A model generated the notes under the pieces. That model was given only the letters and a program-made list of their open reading frames with translations, was not told where the DNA came from and did not search any database. The translations under genes were made by a program, and so were the position numbers. From Candidatus Saccharimonadota bacterium (lineage in GTDB: Bacteria; Patescibacteriota; Patescibacteriia; 2-12-FULL-60-25), in the NCBI GenBank assembly GCA_963718585.1, contig OY970357.1, positions 960,001 to 992,000 on the forward strand: a DNA stretch of 32,000 nucleotides, written 5' to 3'. Shown one piece after another: positions 7,110 through 14,031 of this stretch (positions within the stretch are counted from its first letter, which is position 1; every line of letters begins with the position of its first letter).

Positions 7110-7682
7110 TCAAAATAAAAGCGCAGTGACCACGTACCGCACGATGGTCCAGGCCGCGAGCACGATCCCCATGCCGATCATGGCGCCGACCATGGACTTC
7201 GTCCCCTTTTGCACCCAACTGCTCCGTCCAAAGGAGAGGAGATACATGGCCCCGCCATAGATGAACGTGGCAAAGAAGATCGCACCTGAAAGCGTGATCA
7301 GGAGGTTTGCGAACGAGATACCCGTTGCGATGATGTCATCCAGTGAGCAGGTACCGGTTTGGAGACACTTTGCGGGAATGCTGATCGAGAATGGAACGTT
7401 CGTACTCTGCGTCGGCGTGGCTTGCGTCGAAAGAATGACACAACAGACCTGTCCTGCGGCCTGGCACTGCACGGACGCGGAATCGACCGTCGCCGTGTCA
7501 GAACCCGTCGCAGAACACTGGGAAGCGGACGGCACGCATGTCGCGCTCTTGATCGTATATCCGGCAGGCGGCTGTTGGGTCGGCGTGCACGCAGCCGCAA
7601 GCGCGGAAACGGGAAAGAGCAAGGCAGACAAGACCGCTGCGGCGGCCCACGTCTTCCCCGTTGTCCCGAAACGCTTCGTCAT
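7110..7682 (-). CDS. TrbC/VirB2-like membrane protein, paralogue 6, with a Cys-rich, Thr/Ser/Gln-rich ectodomain (190 aa)
   Basis: The ATG lies 2 nt after the stop of the solute-binding protein gene. Signal peptide ...AAAAVLSALLFPVSALA/AA. Ectodomain Cys pattern is C-x16-C-x6-C-x16-C-x6-CC, then C-x5-C (7347..7589). The C-terminal two-TM core (ISFANLLITLSGAIFFATFIYGGAMYLLSFGRSSWVQKGTKSMVGAMIGMGIVLAAWTIV) is more diverged. Confidence 0.7.
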   Translation of the reverse strand: MTKRFGTTGKTWAAAAVLSALLFPVSALAAACTPTQQPPAGYTIKSATCVPSASQCSATGSDTATVDSASVQCQAAGQVCCVILSTQATPTQSTNVPFSISIPAKCLQTGTCSLDDIIATGISFANLLITLSGAIFFATFIYGGAMYLLSFGRSSWVQKGTKSMVGAMIGMGIVLAAWTIVRYVVTALLF

Positions 7683-7684
7683 AC

Positions 7685-9109
7685 TCAGAGTCCGTATGGG
7701 ACCGTCTGCGCGATCACGTCAGATGCAGCCTTGATCACTTTTCCGATATCTTCGGGCGGGACGGTCAATGCCGTGTCGATCATATGCACGAACGCGTCAT
7801 CCGCGGTCTTGGGATCATTCCCGCGATACCAGGACTGCGACGTCAGGACCTGCGATGCGAACACGCCCGCGTCTTCCGAATCAAGCTGGGCTGGCAGCAA
7901 CTGCTTGAGTGCCGCGGCGCGTTGCACATAATCCACATACTTCTTCGCCTCCTCCGGCTGACTGATGAAATTGATGAAATTCCACGCGACGTCCGGGTTC
8001 GCGGTCTTCTTCGAAACGGTCCACGCCCAGTAGTTCGCGAAGTTCACCACCGGATTGCCGGCGATCTGCGGAAGCTTGGCGATCCCAAGGTTCAACTTGG
8101 GCGCCTGTGCGCGTATCACGGGCAGGTCATATCCATACCCGAAGAAGAATGCGACCTTCCCCTCGATGAATGCCTGTAGCGAATTGGGCATGGTGTTGTT
8201 CCAAGTGTATACATCCTTCCCAGGATTCGCGAAATCCGTATAGAACTGTAGCGCCTGGTACGACGGCGGCGTATCACGCTGGCCTGAGAGACTCGCCGGG
8301 ATCGCGGAAAAGGTCGGCGTCCCGTCATCCGCGCTCATCACCGCGCCGTTCTGCATCATCAATGCTGAAATGATGTCCGGCGAACGTTCGATGTTCGCGC
8401 CGGTCCCGAGTGCGGCGCCCGCTTGTTGGATATCTCCATTCGGACCATAGGCGACGAGCTTTTTCACCGCTTCCTGGAAGGTATCCCACGTTTCCGGGAC
8501 CGTCGCGATGCCCGCCGTGTTCAACAGATCCTTATTCACGAACATGCCAAGCGTATCGACCGAGAGCGGGATGGCCATGATCCGCGGCTGGATATCGCGC
8601 TTGCTCGGATCCGTCGAAACATCGATGTTCCGGATCATGTCCTTGATGACCACGTCCGGATACGCATTCTTGAAATCACGCTGTGTGATCGTCGGCTCGA
8701 CGGACAATTGGTAGGAGACGGACTTCTTGAGTGTTCCGGTCACGACCTGCACCGCGACCTTCGTGGATGCCGGCATGGGAAAGATCTTCGGTTCGTACTT
8801 GGTGACCCACGTGTTGTGGATGAGGAAGACATCCGGACCACGGTCCTCTGCAAGCGCATTCACGAGTTCGTTCTCATAATCCTCCAAACGGAAGCGCCGA
8901 TACTGGAGCGTCACGTTCGGATGGAGAAGGTGATAATCCTTCAGGAGCGCGTCATACGCATCCTGATCATCGTTCACGCCCCAGATCGTGAGCGTGACCG
9001 GTTTTGACGCGGCGACAGTGGCCGCATCCGGCCCCTTCGTGCATCCAGCACCGACGACGGCCAGCGCGAGGATCGCGGCGGTCAAACGGACAAAAAGACC
9101 CCGATTCAT
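7685..9109 (-). CDS. Extracellular solute-binding lipoprotein (ABC-transporter SBP family 1-like, sugar-type), 474 aa
   Basis: Signal peptide plus lipobox: MNRGLFVRLTAAILALAVVGAG/CTKG. Length and motifs (TLTIWGVNDD..., ...FFFGYGYDLP...) are typical of family-1 SBPs. No permease or ATPase gene is adjacent in this window. Confidence 0.75.
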   Translation of the reverse strand: MNRGLFVRLTAAILALAVVGAGCTKGPDAATVAASKPVTLTIWGVNDDQDAYDALLKDYHLLHPNVTLQYRRFRLEDYENELVNALAEDRGPDVFLIHNTWVTKYEPKIFPMPASTKVAVQVVTGTLKKSVSYQLSVEPTITQRDFKNAYPDVVIKDMIRNIDVSTDPSKRDIQPRIMAIPLSVDTLGMFVNKDLLNTAGIATVPETWDTFQEAVKKLVAYGPNGDIQQAGAALGTGANIERSPDIISALMMQNGAVMSADDGTPTFSAIPASLSGQRDTPPSYQALQFYTDFANPGKDVYTWNNTMPNSLQAFIEGKVAFFFGYGYDLPVIRAQAPKLNLGIAKLPQIAGNPVVNFANYWAWTVSKKTANPDVAWNFINFISQPEEAKKYVDYVQRAAALKQLLPAQLDSEDAGVFASQVLTSQSWYRGNDPKTADDAFVHMIDTALTVPPEDIGKVIKAASDVIAQTVPYGL

Positions 9110-9131
9110 ATCGGGGCCATTGTACCTCGGA

Positions 9132-10010
9132 TCAACGTCGTTTGGCGAGCCGCCGGACGAGTGAACGTACGCCGGGTGCCATGTCGGGACGCTTCATCGC
9201 GAATTGGATGTTGGCTTCGAGCCAGCCGAGCTTCGAACCCGTGTCATGATATGTTCCGTCGATCTCACAGGCATAGACGGGCCGGCGTTTCATCAACTGA
9301 TGGATCGCATCAAGCGTGACGTATTCCCCTTTATGACCGGGCTTGAGCCGTCGGATCTCATCGAAGATATCCGGCGTGAGGATATATCCGCCGTTCGCCG
9401 CCAAACGTGTCGGTGCCTTTTTCGGTCCCGGTTTCTCGATCACGTTCTTCAACTGATAGACACGCTTTTCGACCTTGGCCGCCGGATCGATGATGCCATA
9501 TCGTTTCGTCCCCTCGGCATCGACCTTGACCACGCCCATCACCGGATCACGATACTTTTCATACACGTCGATCATCTGTCTGAGTCGCGGGACTTTGCAA
9601 TCAAAGACATCATCGCCGAACACGACGGCGAATGGTTCATCGCCGATCAAGTGCGCAGCATTCAAGACCGGTGTCGCGTTGCCGTACGGTCCCTTTTGTC
9701 GGATGTAGACGAAGTTCGCGAGCTGGCTGATCCCTCGGATCCGTTCAAGGAGGTCCTTTTTCTTTTGCTTTTGCAGCCAATCCTCCAATTCCGGATTGAC
9801 GTCGAAGTGATCCTCGACCGGACGCTTCGCATGACTTGTGACGAGGATGATGTCCGTGATGCCGGATGCGACCGCTTCCTCCACCACATACTGGATGATC
9901 GGCGTATCGATGATCGGCAGCATCTCCTTAGGCATCGCCTTGGTCTCCGGGAGAAAACGCGTCCCTAGACCGGCGACCGGGATGACGACTTTGCGAACGG
10001 TTTGTGTCAT
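9132..10010 (-). CDS. galU: UTP--glucose-1-phosphate uridylyltransferase
   Basis: From ATG 10010: MTQTVRKVVIPVAGLGTRFLPETKAMPKEMLPIIDTPIIQYVVEEAVASGI..., the canonical GalU N-terminal signature. The ORF-track start at 10055 adds 15 non-conserved residues. Confidence 0.9.
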   Translation of the reverse strand: MTQTVRKVVIPVAGLGTRFLPETKAMPKEMLPIIDTPIIQYVVEEAVASGITDIILVTSHAKRPVEDHFDVNPELEDWLQKQKKKDLLERIRGISQLANFVYIRQKGPYGNATPVLNAAHLIGDEPFAVVFGDDVFDCKVPRLRQMIDVYEKYRDPVMGVVKVDAEGTKRYGIIDPAAKVEKRVYQLKNVIEKPGPKKAPTRLAANGGYILTPDIFDEIRRLKPGHKGEYVTLDAIHQLMKRRPVYACEIDGTYHDTGSKLGWLEANIQFAMKRPDMAPGVRSLVRRLAKRR

Positions 10011-10019
10011 AGCAGAAGG

Positions 10020-10025
10020 AGTATA
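10020..10025 (-). promoter_or_regulatory. Candidate -10 box TATACT, 9 nt upstream of the galU ATG
   Basis: Minus strand: ...GGTCAATGGGTCTATACTCCTTCTGCTATG. The -35 is weak (TTTCCG). The same hexamer recurs upstream of two other genes (14849, 17434). Confidence 0.35.
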
Positions 10026-10247
10026 GACCCATTGACCAGGAACGGAAACGGACACGCTGTCGTCTTACGCAAAAAACATCCTCTTGATCGCGATGAGATG
10101 CGGCAGATGCCGTATCAGGTGAGACGTACGCGGTTCATTGACCCGATGATATACGACGGGCTGGAACGAACACCACGCAAGACGTACTGGATCGTACGAC
10201 GAAGAGTCAGATCACGAAGTCTAAACAGATCCTAAGACCGTGACCCG

Positions 10248-11339
10248 TTACGCGCCAACGCGGAAGTGGCACGTATCCCCGTCCCGCATCACATACTCCT
10301 TGCCCTCGATACGCGTGAGGCCTTTCTCGCGGCATCCGACCTCGCCGTATTGCGCAAAATCCTTCCAATCCGTGACCTCTGCGCGGATGAACGTCTTTTC
10401 AAAATCACTATGGATGACCCCTGCAGCTTCCGGCGCCTTCGCCCCTTTCACGACCGTCCACGCGCGCGTCTCCTTTTCTCCGCTCGTCAGGAACGTGATG
10501 AGTCCGAGGACGTCATACGCTTCAGTGATCAACCGATCGAGCCCGGAGGACGTCTGTCCGAGTGCGGACAGATACTCCTTTTTCTCTTCCGCATCCATAG
10601 AAGCAAGCTCTGCCTCCATCTTCACGCAGACCGGCACCACGCGCACGCCTGGCTTTTCCAACAAATGAGTCACCCTTGCTTCCCACGTTCCATCCTGCAA
10701 CTGCCCCTCACTCACATTCACGACATACAGCATGGACTTCATCGTCAGGAGCTGTAACTGCGCGAGTTCCTTCTGTTCCTCATCGGTCCAAACAAGGTCA
10801 CGTAGAGCGGTCCCCTGCCCCAACGCGGCTTTCGCGCGCTCGAGCGCGGCCTGTAGGATCTCAAGCTCTTTCGTCTTTCCGGACTTGAGCTGTTTTACGA
10901 CCGACTCCGAGCGTTTCGTGACCGTATCGAGGTCCGCGAGCGCCAACTCGATCCCGATGGTCTCCGCATCACGCTCCGGATCGATCGACGAGTCGACATG
11001 GATGACATTCGGGTCCTCGAAGGCGCGCAGGACCTGCGCGATCGCATCACAGGCACGGATATGGGAAAGGAATTTGTTGCCCAGCCCCTGACCTTCGGAT
11101 GCGCCTTTCACCAAACCGGCGATATCCACGAATTCGATGGTCGTCGGGATGATCTTTTCCGACTTCGAGACCTTTGCGAGCGTCACGAGGCGTTCATCCG
11201 GGACCTCGACCACGCCCACATTTGGATCAATGGTGCAGAATGGGAAATTCGCGCAGTCCACGGCCTTCTTGGTGATCGCCGAAAACAACGTGGACTTTCC
11301 CACGTTCGGCAATCCGACGATCCCGATCTGAAGTGGCAT
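10248..11339 (-). CDS. ychF: Ribosome-binding ATPase YchF (Obg-like GTPase/ATPase family)
   Basis: 363 aa. [24 protein letters not shown]... P-loop, a typical length, and the C-terminal TGS-like ...[23 protein letters not shown]. Confidence 0.92.
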   Translation of the reverse strand: MPLQIGIVGLPNVGKSTLFSAITKKAVDCANFPFCTIDPNVGVVEVPDERLVTLAKVSKSEKIIPTTIEFVDIAGLVKGASEGQGLGNKFLSHIRACDAIAQVLRAFEDPNVIHVDSSIDPERDAETIGIELALADLDTVTKRSESVVKQLKSGKTKELEILQAALERAKAALGQGTALRDLVWTDEEQKELAQLQLLTMKSMLYVVNVSEGQLQDGTWEARVTHLLEKPGVRVVPVCVKMEAELASMDAEEKKEYLSALGQTSSGLDRLITEAYDVLGLITFLTSGEKETRAWTVVKGAKAPEAAGVIHSDFEKTFIRAEVTDWKDFAQYGEVGCREKGLTRIEGKEYVMRDGDTCHFRVGA

Positions 11340-11343
11340 GTGA

Positions 11344-11703
11344 TTACAATTCCTTTCCGTGGAATTTCGTGACGTTCAATGTCTCCGGATCAACATCATC
11401 GAGACAGCGGACGTTGATGGAGACGATCGGTTCTCCTTTATCATTCGCGCCTTCGCCGAACGACGCCACGCCGCAAGTGGAACAAAAAAGATGATGGATG
11501 CGTTTTATATTGAACTGATAATCGGTCAGGCTCTCGCGCCCCGACAACAGCGTGAATGAGTCCGCAGGCACGAATGTCAGAAGATATCCCTTCTTCGCGC
11601 AGTGCGAACAATCGCATTCAATGACCCGAGAGAGATCCGTCGTGACCTCATAGCGGACCGCTCCACAGTGACACCCGCCCGTATAGGTTTTGGACTCTGA
11701 CAT
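11344..11703 (-). CDS. GFA / CENP-V family protein (glutathione-dependent formaldehyde-activating enzyme-like, Cys-rich zinc site)
   Basis: 119 aa. Contains GGCHCGAVRYEV...CDCSHCAKKG...HHLFCSTCG, which is the GFA-domain Cys pattern. Its stop is 4 nt before the ychF start. Confidence 0.8.
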   Translation of the reverse strand: MSESKTYTGGCHCGAVRYEVTTDLSRVIECDCSHCAKKGYLLTFVPADSFTLLSGRESLTDYQFNIKRIHHLFCSTCGVASFGEGANDKGEPIVSINVRCLDDVDPETLNVTKFHGKEL

Positions 11704-11760
11704 ATGGTCGTGAGCGTACCCGGAAACCCACTTTTCGACAAGACTTCGCTTATTTCAGCC

Positions 11761-11825
11761 AAAATTGAAAAAAGGAGTGATCATCTCACAGATCGCTAAT
11801 TATGTCAAGTATTATATTTACAAAA
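11761..11825. promoter_or_regulatory. AT-rich divergent promoter patch between the GFA gene (-) and the ABC-F gene (+)
   Basis: Minus strand: TTGACA (11808..11803), 17 nt, GATGAT (11785..11780). There is also a perfect TATAAT (11816..11811). Plus strand: TATATT (11813..11818) and TTGAAA (11765..11770). This is the only strongly AT-rich stretch in the 200-nt divergent spacer. The exact boxes in use are uncertain. Confidence 0.4.
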
Positions 11826-11904
11826 GTGCCCTAAAACGGTCATGGTCCGCGGGTGTCTCGTACGATCCGCGTTCATGGGGTACCTTGCTCTCCACGAATA
11901 CCCT

Positions 11905-13686
11905 ATGGCCACGCTCCTACAGGTCAGTGACCTGGAAAAGACCTATGGACTGCGGCGTCTCTTTGACGGCGCGGGGTTCAGCGTGGCCGAACGCGACCAT
12001 GTCGGCTGCATCGGACGGAACGGCGCGGGTAAATCCACGCTCCTCCGCATCATCGCCGGAACGGAGACCAAAGACGCCGGCGAAGTCGTGCTCATGCCCC
12101 AGACGCGGCTCGGTGTCGTGGAACAGAACGATGACTTCCAGGACGCGGAAACGGTCCTTGCGTATCTCGAACGAAAGAGCGAGAAACCCGAATGGGAATG
12201 CGCGAAACTCGCAGGACGCTTCCAGCTCAAAAAAGACCGACTCACGACACCGGTCCTCGCTCTTTCCGGAGGTCTGCAGATGCGCGTGAAATTGACGGCC
12301 ATGCTTCTACAGGACCCGAACCTCCTCCTACTCGATGAACCGACGAACTTCTTGGACCTGAGCACCCAGCTCCTCCTCGAGGCGTTCCTCAAACACTATC
12401 GCGGCGCCTGGATCATCGTGTCACATGACCGCGAATTTCTTGAACGGACGTGCGATAAGACGCTGAGCGTGGAACGAAGCGCTGTGAAGTTCTACGACGG
12501 CGACGTCGATGCATTCTTGGAAGAAGAGGCCGCGCGGCTCGCCGAAACCAAGCGATACAACAAAAAGGTCGAGACGCAACGCAAACACATGCAGGAGTTC
12601 GTGGATCGGTTCCGCGCCAAAGCCTCTAAGGCCACGCAAGCACAGGAACGACTCAAGCGCATGGCGAAACTGCACAAGATCGACATCGGTACGGCACTCA
12701 AGACGGCGCGGATCCAAATTCCGAAGGTCTCGGACAAACGCGGGACCGTCCTCCGTCTGCAGGACCTTGCCATCGGATATCCGGACAAGCGTGTCGCCGA
12801 CCACATCGAGGCGGAGTTCGAACGCGGCGAATGTGTGGCGATCCTGGGGGAAAACGGACAAGGCAAGACAACCCTCCTGAAGACGCTCTCTGGAGAACTC
12901 ACACCGCTCGCAGGCCACGTCCGCTGGGCACACAACCTGAAGATCGCGAGCTTTGCCCAACTCGTCCACCGTGCGCTGGACCCGACCGAGACCCTTGGAG
13001 GCTACCTGTCACGCATGGGTGGCGGCCTCTTGCAGGAAGACGTCCTCCGCATGGCTGGGAGCTTCCTCTTTTCGATCGATGACCTGACCAAGCCCTGCGG
13101 GATCCTCTCGGGCGGTGAGCAGGCACGGCTTATCCTTGCGGGCATCCTCCTCGGGAAACCCGACGTCCTTCTGCTCGACGAACCTACGAATCACTTGGAC
13201 ATGGAGACGACCGAAGCGCTTGGCACCGCGCTCCGCGAGTGGAATGGGACCGTCTTCTTCGTCTCGCACAGCCGGACATTCGTGAATCTCATCGCGACCT
13301 CGATCGTGGAGATCGCGAACGGCAAAGCAAACCGCTACAACGGAACCTATGAAGAATACGTTTGGACCCTTCGGGAGCAACTCGGCATGCCGGCGACCGC
13401 GGAAGAACAGGATCAACGCGTCGAAGCGGTCCAAGATCCCAAATCCACGCGACGCGACCGATATCAGGAGCTGAAGAAGAAACGATCTCTCTCTTCGAGG
13501 CTTGAGACCCAGATCGAAGAGTACGGAAAAGAAAAACGAAGATTATTGGACGAGATCCTTGCGGATCCAACAAACTTTTCCGCTGAACGGAATCAGCGCA
13601 TCGCCACCCTCGAGACACTCATCCGTCACACAGAAGACGAGTGGCTCAAACTCCAGGACGAGATCTGGAAGATGGAATTGGAATGA
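11905..13686 (+). CDS. ABC-F family ATPase (two tandem ABC domains, no TM domain; Uup/EttA-like translation-associated type)
   Basis: From ATG 11905: MATLLQVSDLEKTYG... Two Walker A sites (GRNGAGKST, GENGQGKTT), two signature motifs (LSGGLQMR, LSGGEQAR), an inter-domain linker and a charged coiled-coil C-terminus. The ORF-track start at 11842 adds 21 residues atypical for the family. Confidence 0.9.
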   Translation: MATLLQVSDLEKTYGLRRLFDGAGFSVAERDHVGCIGRNGAGKSTLLRIIAGTETKDAGEVVLMPQTRLGVVEQNDDFQDAETVLAYLERKSEKPEWECAKLAGRFQLKKDRLTTPVLALSGGLQMRVKLTAMLLQDPNLLLLDEPTNFLDLSTQLLLEAFLKHYRGAWIIVSHDREFLERTCDKTLSVERSAVKFYDGDVDAFLEEEAARLAETKRYNKKVETQRKHMQEFVDRFRAKASKATQAQERLKRMAKLHKIDIGTALKTARIQIPKVSDKRGTVLRLQDLAIGYPDKRVADHIEAEFERGECVAILGENGQGKTTLLKTLSGELTPLAGHVRWAHNLKIASFAQLVHRALDPTETLGGYLSRMGGGLLQEDVLRMAGSFLFSIDDLTKPCGILSGGEQARLILAGILLGKPDVLLLDEPTNHLDMETTEALGTALREWNGTVFFVSHSRTFVNLIATSIVEIANGKANRYNGTYEEYVWTLREQLGMPATAEEQDQRVEAVQDPKSTRRDRYQELKKKRSLSSRLETQIEEYGKEKRRLLDEILADPTNFSAERNQRIATLETLIRHTEDEWLKLQDEIWKMELE

Positions 13687-13693
13687 CGAAAAT

Positions 13694-13717
13694 ACCCGCG
13701 TAATAGCGGGTGTTTTT
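13694..13717 (+). terminator. Rho-independent terminator of the ABC-F gene
   Basis: ACCCGC-gtaata-GCGGGT followed by GTTTTT, beginning 8 nt after the TGA stop. Confidence 0.7.
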
Positions 13718-13718
13718 G

Positions 13719-13737
13719 ATGGTGGACCCTAACGGTC
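13719..13737. repeat. 19-bp direct repeat, copy 1: orphan copy of the tRNA-Ala 3' end (ATGGTGGACCCTAACGGTC)
   Basis: Identical to 13915..13933, which comprises the last 18 nt of the tRNA (T-loop to CCA) plus 1 flanking nt. Confidence 0.85.
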
Positions 13738-13764
13738 ACTCACTCGCTCGCTTCGTTCGCTCTT

Positions 13765-13845
13765 GGGAACCCATCGGTTCCCAACTCCCCCGCCCTTCGC
13801 GAAGGGCGGGGTCACTCCCTCCGCCACGGGAACCTCCCGGTTCCC
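13765..13845. repeat. Three stem-loops: two near-identical GGGAACC-n4-GGTTCCC hairpins flanking a 24-bp perfect palindrome
   Basis: GGGAACCcatcGGTTCCC at 13765..13782. Palindrome CCCCGCCCTTCGCGAAGGGCGGGG at 13788..13811. GGGAACCtcccGGTTCCC at 13828..13845. All read directly. Confidence 0.7.
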
Positions 13846-13880
13846 ATCGCCCTCCCCGTTCGATCCCGTTCAAACCAAAT

Positions 13881-13914
13881 GTCACAACACCCCCGAAATT
13901 GGGGGTGTTGTGAC
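13881..13914 (-). terminator. 14-bp perfect stem-loop immediately 3' of tRNA-Ala; probable tRNA terminator or processing hairpin
   Basis: GTCACAACACCCCC-gaaatt-GGGGGTGTTGTGAC. On the minus strand it starts 1 nt after the tRNA CCA end and is followed by ATTTGGTTTG. Confidence 0.5.
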
Positions 13915-13933
13915 ATGGTGGACCCTAACGGTC
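13915..13933. repeat. 19-bp direct repeat, copy 2 (within and abutting the genuine tRNA-Ala 3' end)
   Basis: Identical to 13719..13737. Confidence 0.85.
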
Positions 13934-13991
13934 TCGAACCGTTGACCTCTTCCATGCCATGGAAGCGCTCTACCAGCTGAGCTAAGGGCCC
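13916..13991 (-). tRNA. tRNA-Ala: tRNA-Ala, anticodon GGC, CCA encoded
   Basis: The reverse complement, GGGCCCTTAGCTCAGCTGGTAGAGCGCTTCCATGGCATGGAAGAGGTCAACGGTTCGAGACCGTTAGGGTCCACCA, folds by hand into a full cloverleaf. Acceptor stem is 7 bp with the G3:U70 Ala identity pair. D stem GCTC/GAGC. Anticodon stem CTTCC/GGAAG with loop AT-GGC-AT. T stem AACGG/CCGTT with loop TTCGAGA. Discriminator A73. Confidence 0.95.
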
Positions 13992-14031
13992 TCAGGATGT
14001 GGCGGCAGGATGCCACAGGCCTCTCGATGCG

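Noticed and set aside
4618-7682. Conjugative element or type IV secretion system locus
   Set aside because: Only pilin-like genes are present. No VirB4/VirB6/VirB8-11/VirD4, relaxase or oriT-like features occur anywhere in the window.
8423-9968. Plus-strand ORFs 8423..9007 (194 aa) and 9204..9968 (254 aa)
   Set aside because: They are antisense to the well-supported SBP and galU genes, and have Arg/Asp/Ile-rich nonsense-like composition.
10002-10235. 77-aa plus-strand ORF in the 237-nt ychF-galU spacer; also a possible weak ychF terminator (imperfect stem plus T6 on the minus strand at 10071..10105)
   Set aside because: The ORF is highly basic, has no RBS and runs antisense to the flow of the operon. 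The stem of the putative terminator is imperfect (about 5 bp with a wobble or bulge), so I did not list it as a feature.
13710-13945. Plus-strand ORFs 13710..13913 (67 aa) and 13763..13945 (60 aa)
   Set aside because: They are Pro-rich translations of the palindromic hairpins, and the second overlaps the tRNA. No RBS is present. The region is better explained as structured non-coding DNA.
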